DNA of 64,000 bases, taken from the NCBI GenBank assembly GCA_964519725.1, contig CAZFKS010000004.1, positions 11,848-75,847 on the forward strand, written 5' to 3'. Below are positions 19,397-29,649 of this stretch, one piece after another (position 1 is the first letter of the stretch; every line of letters begins with the position of its first letter). Source of the DNA: an uncultured Gammaproteobacteria bacterium (GTDB lineage Bacteria; Patescibacteriota; Patescibacteriia; Magasanikbacterales; UBA922). Below the pieces are notes generated by a model. It worked only from the letters and a program-made list of their open reading frames with translations, did not search any database and was not told the origin of the DNA. The position numbers and the translations under genes were made by a program.

Positions 19397-19969
19397 TTAG
19401 AATTGAACTTTTACATTTTCCCGTTCAGTTGGATCTTGAATTTCAAAGAAGTCAAACTTAGTGAATTTGAGCATGTTCCCAATTAAATTAGTTGGGAAAA
19501 CTTCGAGTTTGGTGTTAAAGTCCCGCACTTGACCATTGTAAAAGCGGCGACTGGCCATGATTTTGTTTTCTGTGTCAGACAGCTCGTCCATTAATTGAGC
19601 AATATTGGTGTTAGCTTTCAAATCTGGGTAAGCTTCAACCGCAACCCGGAGACCATTAAGGGCGGTACCAAGTAAACCTTCAGCCTGAGCCAGGGCCGCA
19701 GTGTTGCCACCTTTTTGTGCTTCCATAGCTTGTGACCGGTATTTGGTCACATTTTCCAAGATTCCTTTTTCATGACTAAGGTAACCTTTGACACTTTCTA
19801 CCAGGTTTGGGATCAGGTCATGACGGCGTTTGAGTTGTACGTCAATATCACTCCAGGCTTCTTTGACCCGGTTGCGTAGGGTGACCAGGCCGTTATAGGT
19901 AAAAATAATCCAGAGAACCAGGGCGCCCAGGGCAATTAACAAAATGGTGCTAAGAGGCATACATGACAA
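19397..19969 (-). CDS. lemA: LemA family membrane protein
   Basis: N-terminal TM segment followed by the conserved LemA core RNRVKEAWSDIDVQLKRRHDLIPNLVE. Confidence 0.8.
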   Translation of the reverse strand: MSCMPLSTILLIALGALVLWIIFTYNGLVTLRNRVKEAWSDIDVQLKRRHDLIPNLVESVKGYLSHEKGILENVTKYRSQAMEAQKGGNTAALAQAEGLLGTALNGLRVAVEAYPDLKANTNIAQLMDELSDTENKIMASRRFYNGQVRDFNTKLEVFPTNLIGNMLKFTKFDFFEIQDPTERENVKVQF

Positions 19970-20043
19970 TTGCTTGAATTAAAGGGACATCTGTGGAATA
20001 ATGTCCTTATTCATTCTAAGCAATTTAGGCCTACCCGTCAATT

Positions 20044-21210
20044 ATGCTCACGGTCCTAATTTTCCTCTTGGTTTTGACCCTGGTCGTGCTGGTACACGAA
20101 GCTGGGCATTTTTTTGTGGCCAAATGGTCAGGGATGAAGGTATATGAGTTTGGCTGGGGCTTTCCGCCTCGGGCAATTGGGTTTTACCGTGATCCAGTGA
20201 CCAAGAAAATTGTTTGGGTCAAAGGTTCTTCAAAAGAAAATTTAAAAGAAGTGGCCGGCGGCACTGAAACTGTTGAGGAATTTCCCGCGACTTTATATTC
20301 AGTCAATTGGTTACCGCTGGGTGGTTTTGTAAAAATTAAAGGTGAAAATGATCGTGATGCTGGTCCAGATAGTTTTGCGGCTAAATCACAATCAAAACGA
20401 TTGCTGACTTTGCTCGCTGGGGTGATTATGAATGTGATTTTGGCTGGAGTTTTGTTGGGACTTGGGTTTATGTTTGGCTTGCCAGCGAATGTGTCGAATT
20501 TAAATGACGATAAAGCAATTGTAGTTAAAACCGCTGAGGTCATGATTCAAGGGGTAGAAAAAGACTCACCGGCGGGTGCAGCTGACTTAAAACCAGGCGA
20601 CCGAATTGCGGCCGTCAATGGTGAAGCAGTGACTAGTGCTGATGAATTTGTGGCCTATGTTCGTGCTCATAGTAGTGAAATTTTGGCTTTAGAATTAAAA
20701 CGCGCTGATGCGGTTTTGAACGTCGAAGTAAAACCAGCGGTTGTGGCAGAAAAGGAACCAGCCCGGTTGGGGGTGGTGTTGGCTGATGCCGGAGTGATTC
20801 GTTATCCCTGGTATTGGGCCCTAATTAAAGGCTTCCAAGCTGCCGGAGTTGGGTTTGTAGGAATTTTTGTGGCGTTTTATGACCTAATTAAAGGTTTAAT
20901 TTTAGGTAATGGGGCAAGTATGGCGGTGAGTGGGCCAGTCGGAATTGCAGTCGCAGTTGGCGAAAGTGCACGCCTTGGTTTTAGTTATCTAATCAATATC
21001 ACGGCCATGATTTCACTCAGTTTGGCGGCTATGAATGTGCTGCCAATTCCAGCGCTTGATGGTGGTCGCGCCCTGTTTGTAATTATTGAAAGCGTGTTCC
21101 GCAAAAAAGTGCCAGCCAAAGTTGAACAGATCGTGCACGGAACTGGCTTTGTACTATTATTAATTTTGATTTTAGTGATCACCTGGCGTGATGTGGCTAA
21201 TCTTTTGTAA
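20044..21210 (+). CDS. rseP: site-2 protease RseP (M50 zinc metalloprotease with PDZ domain)
   Basis: HEAGHF (HExxH) in the first TM helix, a central PDZ domain, and a C-terminal LDGG motif. Confidence 0.85.
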   Translation: MLTVLIFLLVLTLVVLVHEAGHFFVAKWSGMKVYEFGWGFPPRAIGFYRDPVTKKIVWVKGSSKENLKEVAGGTETVEEFPATLYSVNWLPLGGFVKIKGENDRDAGPDSFAAKSQSKRLLTLLAGVIMNVILAGVLLGLGFMFGLPANVSNLNDDKAIVVKTAEVMIQGVEKDSPAGAADLKPGDRIAAVNGEAVTSADEFVAYVRAHSSEILALELKRADAVLNVEVKPAVVAEKEPARLGVVLADAGVIRYPWYWALIKGFQAAGVGFVGIFVAFYDLIKGLILGNGASMAVSGPVGIAVAVGESARLGFSYLINITAMISLSLAAMNVLPIPALDGGRALFVIIESVFRKKVPAKVEQIVHGTGFVLLLILILVITWRDVANLL

Positions 21211-21211
21211 T

Positions 21212-21709
21212 ATGGCTGACCCAAAAAGTGAAGCAGTTAAAATTCGTGACCAACAATTTAAACAGTGGTTGGGTGCGTTTGAAGTTACTTTAAAAAACAA
21301 TAAACCGGCTGGCCTGACTGATCATGCGATTGATTTGTTTTGTAAAAGTATTGATGGTGAGTATTTTAAACTGAACTTGCCTGACAGTTTTAGTTTTGAT
21401 AAATTGCTTCGTCTCGCGGTGACTGAAGCGGCTGAACACTGCGCTCTCTTTGTTGACGATTTCCCAGAAACAGAAGATGAAAAATGGTCATTGGTGCAGA
21501 TTGCAGATGAAGTGCGGCAGGAAGTGTTACCAGAAATGGAAAAATTATTTGAAACGCCTGATTCTTCTCAGACTGACGAATTAAAAGAAGTGTATAAAAC
21601 AGTTTTGGAAGACTACGATCGTGAAGCGCCAAACACGCCTCCAGAAATTGAAGTTAGCAGTGAAGAAACAGCCGAACATCTTAAGTGGCTGAGGGAAAGT
21701 CATAAGTAA
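21212..21709 (+). CDS. hypothetical acidic protein
   Basis: ORF-track ORF 21188..21709. The probable start is MADPKSE at 21212. No recognisable family. Confidence 0.4.
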   Translation: MADPKSEAVKIRDQQFKQWLGAFEVTLKNNKPAGLTDHAIDLFCKSIDGEYFKLNLPDSFSFDKLLRLAVTEAAEHCALFVDDFPETEDEKWSLVQIADEVRQEVLPEMEKLFETPDSSQTDELKEVYKTVLEDYDREAPNTPPEIEVSSEETAEHLKWLRESHK

Positions 21710-21710
21710 T

Positions 21711-22742
21711 ATGTTTCCAGAACTTGAAAAAGTAAAAAATGAAGCCTTTAGTCAGTTAGAAAAAGTTGGCTCTTTGGCTGATTTAGAAAAATTAGAACTC
21801 GCCATTTTTTCCCGCCAAAATGGATCGCTCACCGCGGCTATGAAAGCCATTAAAGATATTGCTGGGCCAGATAAAAAAGCGTATGGCGAAGCCAGTAATG
21901 CGCTCAAAAATGAATTGACCGAAGCTTTTGCTAGTAAAAAAAGCGTATTTGCTAGTGCCAAATGGGCTGAACTTGGTAGCACAGAAAAATTAGATGTCAC
22001 TCGGCCAGGTCTGCCCCTGAAAACGCGCGGACATTTGCACCCAGTTAGTCAGGTGCAATATGATCTGGAGGATTTGTTTACGAGTATGGGTTTCATGGTG
22101 CTGGATGGTCCAGAACTGGAAAGTGATTTTTATAATTTTGAAGCTGTAAATATTCCGCAGAACCACCCAGCGCGGGACATGCAAGATACTTTTTATATCA
22201 AAGACCACCCAGATTGGGTCATGCGCACGCACACTTCATCAGTGCAGTCGCGCGCCATGGAAAAATACGGGGCGCCGCTCCGCGCCATTGTGCCGGGTCG
22301 CTGTTTCCGCAATGAGGCCACTGATCCGCGTCATGAACACACCTTCTACCAATTAGAAGGAATTATGGTTGGAAAAAATATTACGGTGGCGCACATGAAA
22401 GGGGTGCTCGAAACCATGGCCAAACATTTGTATGGGCCAGATACAGAGGTGCGTTTGCGACCAAAATTTTATCCGTTTGTTGAGCCAGGGGTGAATGGGG
22501 AAGTGACTTGTTTCCTCTGTAAAGGTGCGGGCTGTCGCGTGTGCAAAGGCACAGGCTGGATGGAAGTGTTTGGTGCGGGCATGATTCACCCAAATGTTTT
22601 ACGCGCGGGAAAAGTTAACCCAGAAGAATACACTGGGTTTGCGTTTGGGCTTGGTTTGACGCGCCTCGTAATGCTTAAATACCAAATTGAAGACGTGCGA
22701 TTATTACAATCTGGTTCCATGCAATTCTTAGAACAATTCTAG
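21711..22742 (+). CDS. pheS: phenylalanine--tRNA ligase alpha subunit
   Basis: Class II aaRS motifs (FRNEATDPRHEHTFYQLEG, GAGMIHP). Confidence 0.9.
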   Translation: MFPELEKVKNEAFSQLEKVGSLADLEKLELAIFSRQNGSLTAAMKAIKDIAGPDKKAYGEASNALKNELTEAFASKKSVFASAKWAELGSTEKLDVTRPGLPLKTRGHLHPVSQVQYDLEDLFTSMGFMVLDGPELESDFYNFEAVNIPQNHPARDMQDTFYIKDHPDWVMRTHTSSVQSRAMEKYGAPLRAIVPGRCFRNEATDPRHEHTFYQLEGIMVGKNITVAHMKGVLETMAKHLYGPDTEVRLRPKFYPFVEPGVNGEVTCFLCKGAGCRVCKGTGWMEVFGAGMIHPNVLRAGKVNPEEYTGFAFGLGLTRLVMLKYQIEDVRLLQSGSMQFLEQF

Positions 22743-22743
22743 T

Positions 22744-25191
22744 ATGATTATTAGTAAACACTGGTTGCGCGATTTTGTTTTCTTGCCTGATGCGCTTGAT
22801 GCGCAGGATTTGGCGCGCAAATTATCACTGGCTGTCGCTGAAGTAGAAAAAGTAACTGAATTGGCAAGCGCGTTTGATAAAATGGTCGTTGGAAAAATTA
22901 CCAAAGTTGAAGCCCACCCAAACGCTGATAAATTACGCGTGTGTACGGTTGATGTTGGTGACAAAGAAATCACTATTGTTTGTGGCGGTTCAAATGTGGC
23001 TGAGGGAATGAAAGTAATCGTTGGTTTGATCGGCGCTAAAGTTAAATGGCACGGTGAAGGGGATTTAATTGAGCTGGCACCAGTTAAAATTCGCGGTGTT
23101 GATTCTGCCGGAATGATTTGCGCGTCTGATGAAGTTGGTTTACTTGATCGTTTCCCAAAACAAGATGAAAAAGAAATTGTTGATTTGTCAGCCCTAAAAG
23201 CGCGCCCGGGTACGCCGCTCGCAACTGCACTTGGTCTTGATGACGTACTCTTTGAATTTGATAATAAATCGCTGACTAATCGTCCAGATTTGTGGGGTCA
23301 TTATGGTATGGCGCGCGAAATCGCAGCCCTGACCCGGAAAAAATTTACGCCACTAAAATTAGGAAAAATTAAAGAAAATAAAAAATACGCGCTCAGTGTT
23401 AAAGTTAATGCTAGTGAACTCTGTCCACGTTATCAAGCGGTGGTTATTGAGGGCGTGAGTGCGACTGAATCACCAGCCTGGCTAAAAAATAATTTGGTTG
23501 CGGTTGGCCAGCGTCCGATTAATGCGATTGTTGACCTCACTAATTATGTTTTGTTTGAACTTGGTCAACCACTGCATGCGTTTGACGCGGCGGTACTTAA
23601 TCCAAATGGTCAGGAAATTAATTTGGAAGTCCGCAGAGCAGTGCCAAGCGAACAATTTGTTACTTTAGAAAATAAAGATTTAGTTTTACCAGAGAATGCT
23701 TTGGTAATTGCGAATAATGGGGCGGCAGTTGCTTTGGCCGGAATTAAAGGCGGAAAAAATAGTGGTGTGTCAGAAACTACCACTACGATTGTGCTAGAAA
23801 GTGCAAATTTCAATGCCACAAATACTCGTCAAACCTCAACTCACTTTAGTTTACGCACCGAAGCCTCAGCCCGGTTTGAAAAAACGCTTGACCCAAATTT
23901 AACTGAACTAGCTTTAGTTCGGTTTGTTGAACTTGCTAAAAAAGTTTGGCCAAAATCAGAAGTGGCAAGTGTGGTTGTTGACGTGAAAAACTTTACTGAC
24001 AAACCACTGACCTTGGATTTTCCAGTGAGTTTGTTTAGCGAACGCCTGGGAATTGAACTGAGTGATAACACGATTAAAGATATTTTAGAGCGCCTTGGTT
24101 TTGAAATTAAAATTAAAAAAGGTCAGGTGCAAGCTTTGGTGCCAACTTGGCGGGCTAGTAAAGATGTGCGCATTCCTGAGGATTTGGTGGAAGAAGTCGC
24201 GCGTTTGCATGGTTATGAAAATATTCCTGGGGTGTTGCCAAGCTGCCCAATTGCGCCGCCGCTCACTAATTCTTTACGTCAATTAGAACGTGAGGTCAAA
24301 GAAGTGCTCGCTTTTATTTGTAATTTTAGTGAAGTGTCCAATTACTCGTTTGTCTCACCAGAGTGGTTGAATCGGTTAGAGGTGTTAAAAGGTCAGGATT
24401 ATTTGGAATTAGATAATCCAATTGCTAAAGACCGGCCGCTTTTGCGCCGCGATTTGGTGCCAGGTTTAATTGAAAACGTGTTGGCTCACGGCCATGCTGA
24501 TCAAGTGCAATTATTTGAAATTGGTCGGGTATTTTTGCCAGATGAAGCCGGTGAACGTACCGGAAATACTAGTGGAGAATTGCTACCAGCCCAACCACTT
24601 CGTCTTGGTTTGGTTTACTCGGCAAAACAAAACACTGAACCATTTTACACTGTGGCTGATAGTGTTCGGGCGCTTGGAACTGAATTAGGTTTTGCATTTA
24701 GCATTGTTCCAAACCAAGCCACAACCAATTTGATGCACCCTGGTCGCGCGGCGAGTGTACTCTGTGACGGTCAATTAATTGGGGAAATCTTTGAACTTCA
24801 TCCAGCTAAACAAACTGAACTTGGTCTGATTGCTCGGGTGGCTCTAGCTGAATTAAATTTGAGTCAATTAGTAAACGCGCCACGTCAAACCAGTAATTAT
24901 GTGTCCATGACTGAGTTCCCAACCGTGGTGCGTGACATTGCGATTGTAGTTAACAGTTCTGAAGCGCACGCTGATTTGCAGCAGCTCATTAAATCAGCGC
25001 ACGAATTAGTGATTAAAGCAGATTTGTTTGATGAATACGTAGGTAAAAATGTTGGCGCTAATAAAAAAAGTTTAGCCTATCACGTGACTTTGGGTGCCAA
25101 TCACACCTTAACCACTGAAGAAATTGACGCCGCGCTTAAAAAAATCCAGAAAGTTTTAACTGAAAAAATAGCTGCCGAGTGGCGCACCTAA
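22744..25191 (+). CDS. pheT: phenylalanine--tRNA ligase beta subunit
   Basis: tRNA-binding N-domain, B3/B4 domain, B5 domain and C-terminal FDX-ACB domain order. It is translationally coupled to pheS. Confidence 0.9.
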   Translation: MIISKHWLRDFVFLPDALDAQDLARKLSLAVAEVEKVTELASAFDKMVVGKITKVEAHPNADKLRVCTVDVGDKEITIVCGGSNVAEGMKVIVGLIGAKVKWHGEGDLIELAPVKIRGVDSAGMICASDEVGLLDRFPKQDEKEIVDLSALKARPGTPLATALGLDDVLFEFDNKSLTNRPDLWGHYGMAREIAALTRKKFTPLKLGKIKENKKYALSVKVNASELCPRYQAVVIEGVSATESPAWLKNNLVAVGQRPINAIVDLTNYVLFELGQPLHAFDAAVLNPNGQEINLEVRRAVPSEQFVTLENKDLVLPENALVIANNGAAVALAGIKGGKNSGVSETTTTIVLESANFNATNTRQTSTHFSLRTEASARFEKTLDPNLTELALVRFVELAKKVWPKSEVASVVVDVKNFTDKPLTLDFPVSLFSERLGIELSDNTIKDILERLGFEIKIKKGQVQALVPTWRASKDVRIPEDLVEEVARLHGYENIPGVLPSCPIAPPLTNSLRQLEREVKEVLAFICNFSEVSNYSFVSPEWLNRLEVLKGQDYLELDNPIAKDRPLLRRDLVPGLIENVLAHGHADQVQLFEIGRVFLPDEAGERTGNTSGELLPAQPLRLGLVYSAKQNTEPFYTVADSVRALGTELGFAFSIVPNQATTNLMHPGRAASVLCDGQLIGEIFELHPAKQTELGLIARVALAELNLSQLVNAPRQTSNYVSMTEFPTVVRDIAIVVNSSEAHADLQQLIKSAHELVIKADLFDEYVGKNVGANKKSLAYHVTLGANHTLTTEEIDAALKKIQKVLTEKIAAEWRT

Positions 25192-25229
25192 ATGAACTGT
25201 GCTATACTAACTCCAACTTAATTTGGAAT

Positions 25230-25559
25230 ATGCCTGTCACATCTTCCCAAGACATTTTGTACATTGTTTTATCCATTTGCGTGCTCTGGTTTACTGTGTT
25301 TTTGTGCTGGCTTTTGTACCAAGCGGCGCGAGTGCTTCGCAATGCCAACAAAGTGGTTGAAACTTTGCTTCACAAACTAGAATTAATTTCGGAAGCAGTG
25401 GATTTTATTCGCCGCAAAGTGGATGGTCTATCCAGTAGTATGGGTGTGGTTAGTTCAATTGCCAGCGGACTCATGGAAAAATATGTGCTGGGTAAACTGA
25501 ATAAAAAGTTTGAAGAAAAAATTACTGAACCGGATCGGTCGCGGAAGAAAAAACGGTAA
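25230..25559 (+). CDS. small membrane protein, hypothetical
   Basis: ORF-track ORF 25179..25559. The likely start is MPVTSSQ at 25230. One TM helix. Followed by a terminator. Confidence 0.4.
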   Translation: MPVTSSQDILYIVLSICVLWFTVFLCWLLYQAARVLRNANKVVETLLHKLELISEAVDFIRRKVDGLSSSMGVVSSIASGLMEKYVLGKLNKKFEEKITEPDRSRKKKR

Positions 25560-25562
25560 TTA

Positions 25563-25596
25563 AAAAACCCTCTGCCAACTGACAGAGGGTTTTTAT
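25563..25596. terminator. bidirectional intrinsic terminator
   Basis: aaaaa-ccctctg-ccaact-gacagaggg-ttttt. The stem belongs to the cctctg/cagagg terminator family. Confidence 0.6.
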
Positions 25597-25601
25597 TTTG
25601 T

Positions 25602-26054
25602 TTAAACACCAGTAACACTGAATGATCCAGATATACCGACATCGTTTGCGGTGACGGGCACATCTGTGCCATCATTTTCAAATTTACCTTTTTTACCTAG
25701 ATCAACGTAGAGGTTAGTGTGCAACACTTTGGTGATTTTGTTTTCGTCAACCGTAACTTTGACGTCTTGGTGTTCACCCGCACCTACGGCCGTAAAACCA
25801 ATTACCTCACCAGGCACGCCACCTTTGTCAGCCCGGATTACTACCCAGCTGTCTTGAGTGGCCACTACGGTTGGTACCACCATTTCTTTGCCTTTGGCTT
25901 GATTCTTGACCTCTAATTTGGCAGTATTTTGTTCAAAATATGGATTTTGACCAGTCGCATCTTTTAAACTAGTCGAGTTACTGGTCGTATCACTACAGCC
26001 TAAACCGGCCAAGAGTAAAACACTGGTCGCAGCCACGATTTTTTTAGCAAGCAT
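25602..26054 (-). CDS. lipoprotein, hypothetical
   Basis: Signal peptide with lipobox LLAGLGCS, then a beta-rich domain. Confidence 0.5.
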   Translation of the reverse strand: MLAKKIVAATSVLLLAGLGCSDTTSNSTSLKDATGQNPYFEQNTAKLEVKNQAKGKEMVVPTVVATQDSWVVIRADKGGVPGEVIGFTAVGAGEHQDVKVTVDENKITKVLHTNLYVDLGKKGKFENDGTDVPVTANDVGISGSFSVTGV

Positions 26055-26121
26055 AAGTCACAATTTAATGAATTAACCTAGGCAGTATAAGGGCAAAAAG
26101 CCCCTTCAGTCAAGGTAAAAT

Positions 26122-29100
26122 GTGGTTCTAGACAGCCCCCACCAAAACCCGTACAATGAGGGGGTTATGAGCTTTGTCCACCTCCACACCCACTCGCACT
26201 ACTCGCTTTTGAATGGCTTGCCAAAGGTAAAAGCCCTCGTTAAGGCTGCCAAAAAACAAGGTTTCACCGCCTTGGCCCTGACTGATTATGGTTCAATGTA
26301 CGGGGCGATTGAATTTTACCAGGCCTGTTTGGCTGAAGAGATTAAACCAATTATTGGGTTTGAAGCGTTTGTGGCGCCACGGTCTCGCCTGGATAAAGAT
26401 CCGGTTCAGGATGCAGGGGTACACAATTTAATTTTGCTCGCAGAAAATTACACTGGTTATCGAAACCTGATGTTGTTATCTTCATTTGGGCATCTTGAAG
26501 GAACATTTAATAATGTCCCGCGCGTTGATCTTGAATTACTGACCAAACATCATGAGGGTGTAATTGCTTTGTCTGGTCCAATTCAAGGAAAAATTCCCAG
26601 TTTAATTTTAAAAGGGGATATTGAGGGTGCTAAAGCCTATGCTTTGGAACTGCAAAAAATTTTTGGGCCAAATAACTTTTATTTAGAATTAGAAGATCAC
26701 CCAGCGATTTCTGGCCAGCTGGAAGTTAATACGCGCCTTATTCAATTGTCAAAAGACACTGGTATTCCGCTCGTGGCCACGCGTGATGTGCATTATTTAA
26801 AACCAGATGATGCTGAGGCGCAAGATATTTTACGCTGTATTTCACAGGGGTGGCGCGTACATGAAACTGAACGTGAAGATTACCGGCAAGTTGATCGGTC
26901 ACTGGCGAGCGGGGATGATATTGCGTCCCGTTTTCGGCATGTACCAGAAGCAATTAGTAATACCACTAAAATTGCCGAGCGGGTGGATATTAAAATTCCA
27001 CTGAATATTTGGCACTTTGCGCCCGTGGATTTGCCACCTGGAAAAACTGCTGATGATGTTCTCCGCGAAGAAGCGTTTGAGCGCATGCCGATGTATTACC
27101 AAGAAATTACTCCAACGCTAACTGAACGTTTAGAATACGAATTGGGGATTATTAAAACTAAAGGGTATTCGCCATACTTTATTTGTGTGGCGGATTTTGT
27201 GCGGTATGCTAAATCACACGGGATTGTAGAATCTACGCGTGGTTCAGCCGCTGGGTCACTAGTGTCATTTGTCATGGGAATTACTACTGTAGACCCAATG
27301 CGTTTTAATTTGCCGTTTGAGCGCTTTTTAAATCCATTCCGTCCGTCTGCGCCAGATATTGATACTGACTTTGCTGATGACCGCCGTGATGAAATGATCG
27401 AGTATGTGACCAAAAAATATGGTGCGGACAAAGTGGCGCAGATTATTACGTTTGGAACCATGGCGGCGCGCGCTAGTGTGCGTGATGTGGGCCGGGCCCT
27501 GGGTTTTTCTTATTCATTTTGTGATCAGGTTTCAAAATTAATTCCTCAAGGTGCGCAAGGTTTCCCAATGACCATTGAACGGGCACTACAAGAAGAACCG
27601 GATTTGAAAAAACTATATGACAGTAATGCAGATGTAAAACGCCTTTTAGACTTGGCCCAAAAAGTTGAAGGTTGTGCGCGCCATACTTCCATTCACGCGG
27701 CCGGTGTGGTGATTGCGCCAACCACCCTGACTGATTTCGCGCCTGTGCAATACGAAGTTGGTGGAACGCGTCTTACCACCCAGTACGAAATGAAAGCGGT
27801 AGAAACGGCTGGGGTACTCAAAAACGATTTTCTTGGAATTCGTAACTTGGCGATTTTGGGAAACGCCGTGGAGTTTGTGAAAAAAACCACTGGTGATAAA
27901 GTTGATATTTATAATTTACCGCTTGATGATAAAAAGGTTTACGAAATGCTGGCACGTGGCGACACCATGGGTGTGTTTCAGTTAAGTGGTTCAGGCATGA
28001 CGCGTTGGCTCAAGGAATTGAAGCCAAACCGCATCGAAGATATCATGGCCATGGTGGCCTTGTACCGTCCGGGCCCGATGGAATCAATCCCAGAGTACAT
28101 TAACCGGAAATATCACCCTGAAGCTGTGAAATTTTTGGATCCACGTTTAGAGAAAATTTTGCACGCATCTTATGGTCTGCTTGTTTATCAGGACGATGTT
28201 ATGTTAACGGCGATTGAGCTGGCAGGTTATGACTGGATGGAAGCCGATAAATTCCGCAAAGCCATGGGTAAGAAAATTCCTGAAGAAATGGCTAAGCAGA
28301 AAATTCAATTTTACGATGGTTGTCAAAATGTTGGTAAAGTAAAAAAAGAAATTGTTGACGAACTATGGCGCGCGATTGAACCATTTGCGGCGTATGGGTT
28401 TAATAAAGCGCACGCCGCTAGTTATGGAATTGTGGCTTACCAAACCGCGTACATGAAAGCCCATTATCCAGTGCAGTTCATGACTGCGATTTTGCAAGCT
28501 GAAGCTAGTGACCTCGACAAGGTGGCAGCGATTGTGCACGAGTGTAAGCGCATGAACATTGAAGTTCTGCCGCCAGATGTCAATGAAAGTTTCAAATCAT
28601 TTGCCATGGTAAGTAAACCGGGTGACCCAGGCCGTATTCGGTTTGGGCTGAACGCCATTAAAAATGTTGGTGAACATATTTGTGAAGTAATTTACCGTGA
28701 GCGCAAAGAAAATGGCAGTTTTGCTGACCTAGAAGATTTTTTAAAGCGCATTAAAGATAAAGATTTAAATAAAAAATCAATTGAAAGTTTAGCGGCTTGT
28801 GGCGCCTTAGATAGTTTTGGTTTTGACCGTGGTGTTTTAATTTCCAATTCAGAAAATATTTTGCACTTTGTTAAACAAGTGCGTGAAGATGGGGCTGCTA
28901 AACAAGACTCGCTATTTGCGGCGGCTGGAATTGCGTTTGATGATAAAGTGGTATTAAAACCAGCCCCAAACGCGACCACTGAACAAAAATTTACTTGGGA
29001 AAAAGATTTGCTTGGGCTCTATTTGTCAGCGCACCCGCTGGATCCATTCATGCCATTTTTCAAAAAAGTAATTACTCCGCTCGCCGAAATTGAAATTGCG

Positions 29101-29649
29101 CCTCGCGATAGCTGGGTAATTTGTGTGGGTGTGGTAGAAAGTGTGAAAAAGAAAATCACCAAAAAAGGGGATGTGATGCTCTTTGTGACCATTCAGGATA
29201 TGTCGGGACCAATGGAACTTTTGGTCTTCCCAAAAACTTACGAACGCACCAAAGAGCTCTGGGTGGCTCGCGCCCCAGTCGCTATTGTGGGTAAAACCCC
29301 GCGTGAAGACGGGGACAATAAAATTTTTGTCGAAAACGCGTACTATTTGCAAAAAGAAACCGCCTCAGATTTGGCGCGTCAACTTTCAATTAGCCAACCA
29401 AGTAGCAAAGGTACAAGCGCAGCGCCAATAATTGAACAATATGTTCGTTTGCATTTAACCAGTGATGAAATGCCAGTCAAAGCACCAGAAATTAAAACGA
29501 TTTTAGCCGCCAATCCTGGTGCTTACTCAGTGTACATCCAAGTTGGCACTGGCGTGGTTAAAGCTGGTGCCGGAGTCGATTGGAATGATTCAGTTAAAGA
29601 AAAGTTTGAAACCTTGCTCGGCAGCGACCGTGTTGAGGTCCAATTCTAA
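26122..29649 (+). CDS. dnaE: DNA polymerase III alpha subunit
   Basis: PHP domain (FVHLHTHSHYSLLNG), polymerase core, and OB-fold at the C-terminus. The likely true start is MSFVHLH at 26167. Confidence 0.9.
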   Translation: MVLDSPHQNPYNEGVMSFVHLHTHSHYSLLNGLPKVKALVKAAKKQGFTALALTDYGSMYGAIEFYQACLAEEIKPIIGFEAFVAPRSRLDKDPVQDAGVHNLILLAENYTGYRNLMLLSSFGHLEGTFNNVPRVDLELLTKHHEGVIALSGPIQGKIPSLILKGDIEGAKAYALELQKIFGPNNFYLELEDHPAISGQLEVNTRLIQLSKDTGIPLVATRDVHYLKPDDAEAQDILRCISQGWRVHETEREDYRQVDRSLASGDDIASRFRHVPEAISNTTKIAERVDIKIPLNIWHFAPVDLPPGKTADDVLREEAFERMPMYYQEITPTLTERLEYELGIIKTKGYSPYFICVADFVRYAKSHGIVESTRGSAAGSLVSFVMGITTVDPMRFNLPFERFLNPFRPSAPDIDTDFADDRRDEMIEYVTKKYGADKVAQIITFGTMAARASVRDVGRALGFSYSFCDQVSKLIPQGAQGFPMTIERALQEEPDLKKLYDSNADVKRLLDLAQKVEGCARHTSIHAAGVVIAPTTLTDFAPVQYEVGGTRLTTQYEMKAVETAGVLKNDFLGIRNLAILGNAVEFVKKTTGDKVDIYNLPLDDKKVYEMLARGDTMGVFQLSGSGMTRWLKELKPNRIEDIMAMVALYRPGPMESIPEYINRKYHPEAVKFLDPRLEKILHASYGLLVYQDDVMLTAIELAGYDWMEADKFRKAMGKKIPEEMAKQKIQFYDGCQNVGKVKKEIVDELWRAIEPFAAYGFNKAHAASYGIVAYQTAYMKAHYPVQFMTAILQAEASDLDKVAAIVHECKRMNIEVLPPDVNESFKSFAMVSKPGDPGRIRFGLNAIKNVGEHICEVIYRERKENGSFADLEDFLKRIKDKDLNKKSIESLAACGALDSFGFDRGVLISNSENILHFVKQVREDGAAKQDSLFAAAGIAFDDKVVLKPAPNATTEQKFTWEKDLLGLYLSAHPLDPFMPFFKKVITPLAEIEIAPRDSWVICVGVVESVKKKITKKGDVMLFVTIQDMSGPMELLVFPKTYERTKELWVARAPVAIVGKTPREDGDNKIFVENAYYLQKETASDLARQLSISQPSSKGTSAAPIIEQYVRLHLTSDEMPVKAPEIKTILAANPGAYSVYIQVGTGVVKAGAGVDWNDSVKEKFETLLGSDRVEVQF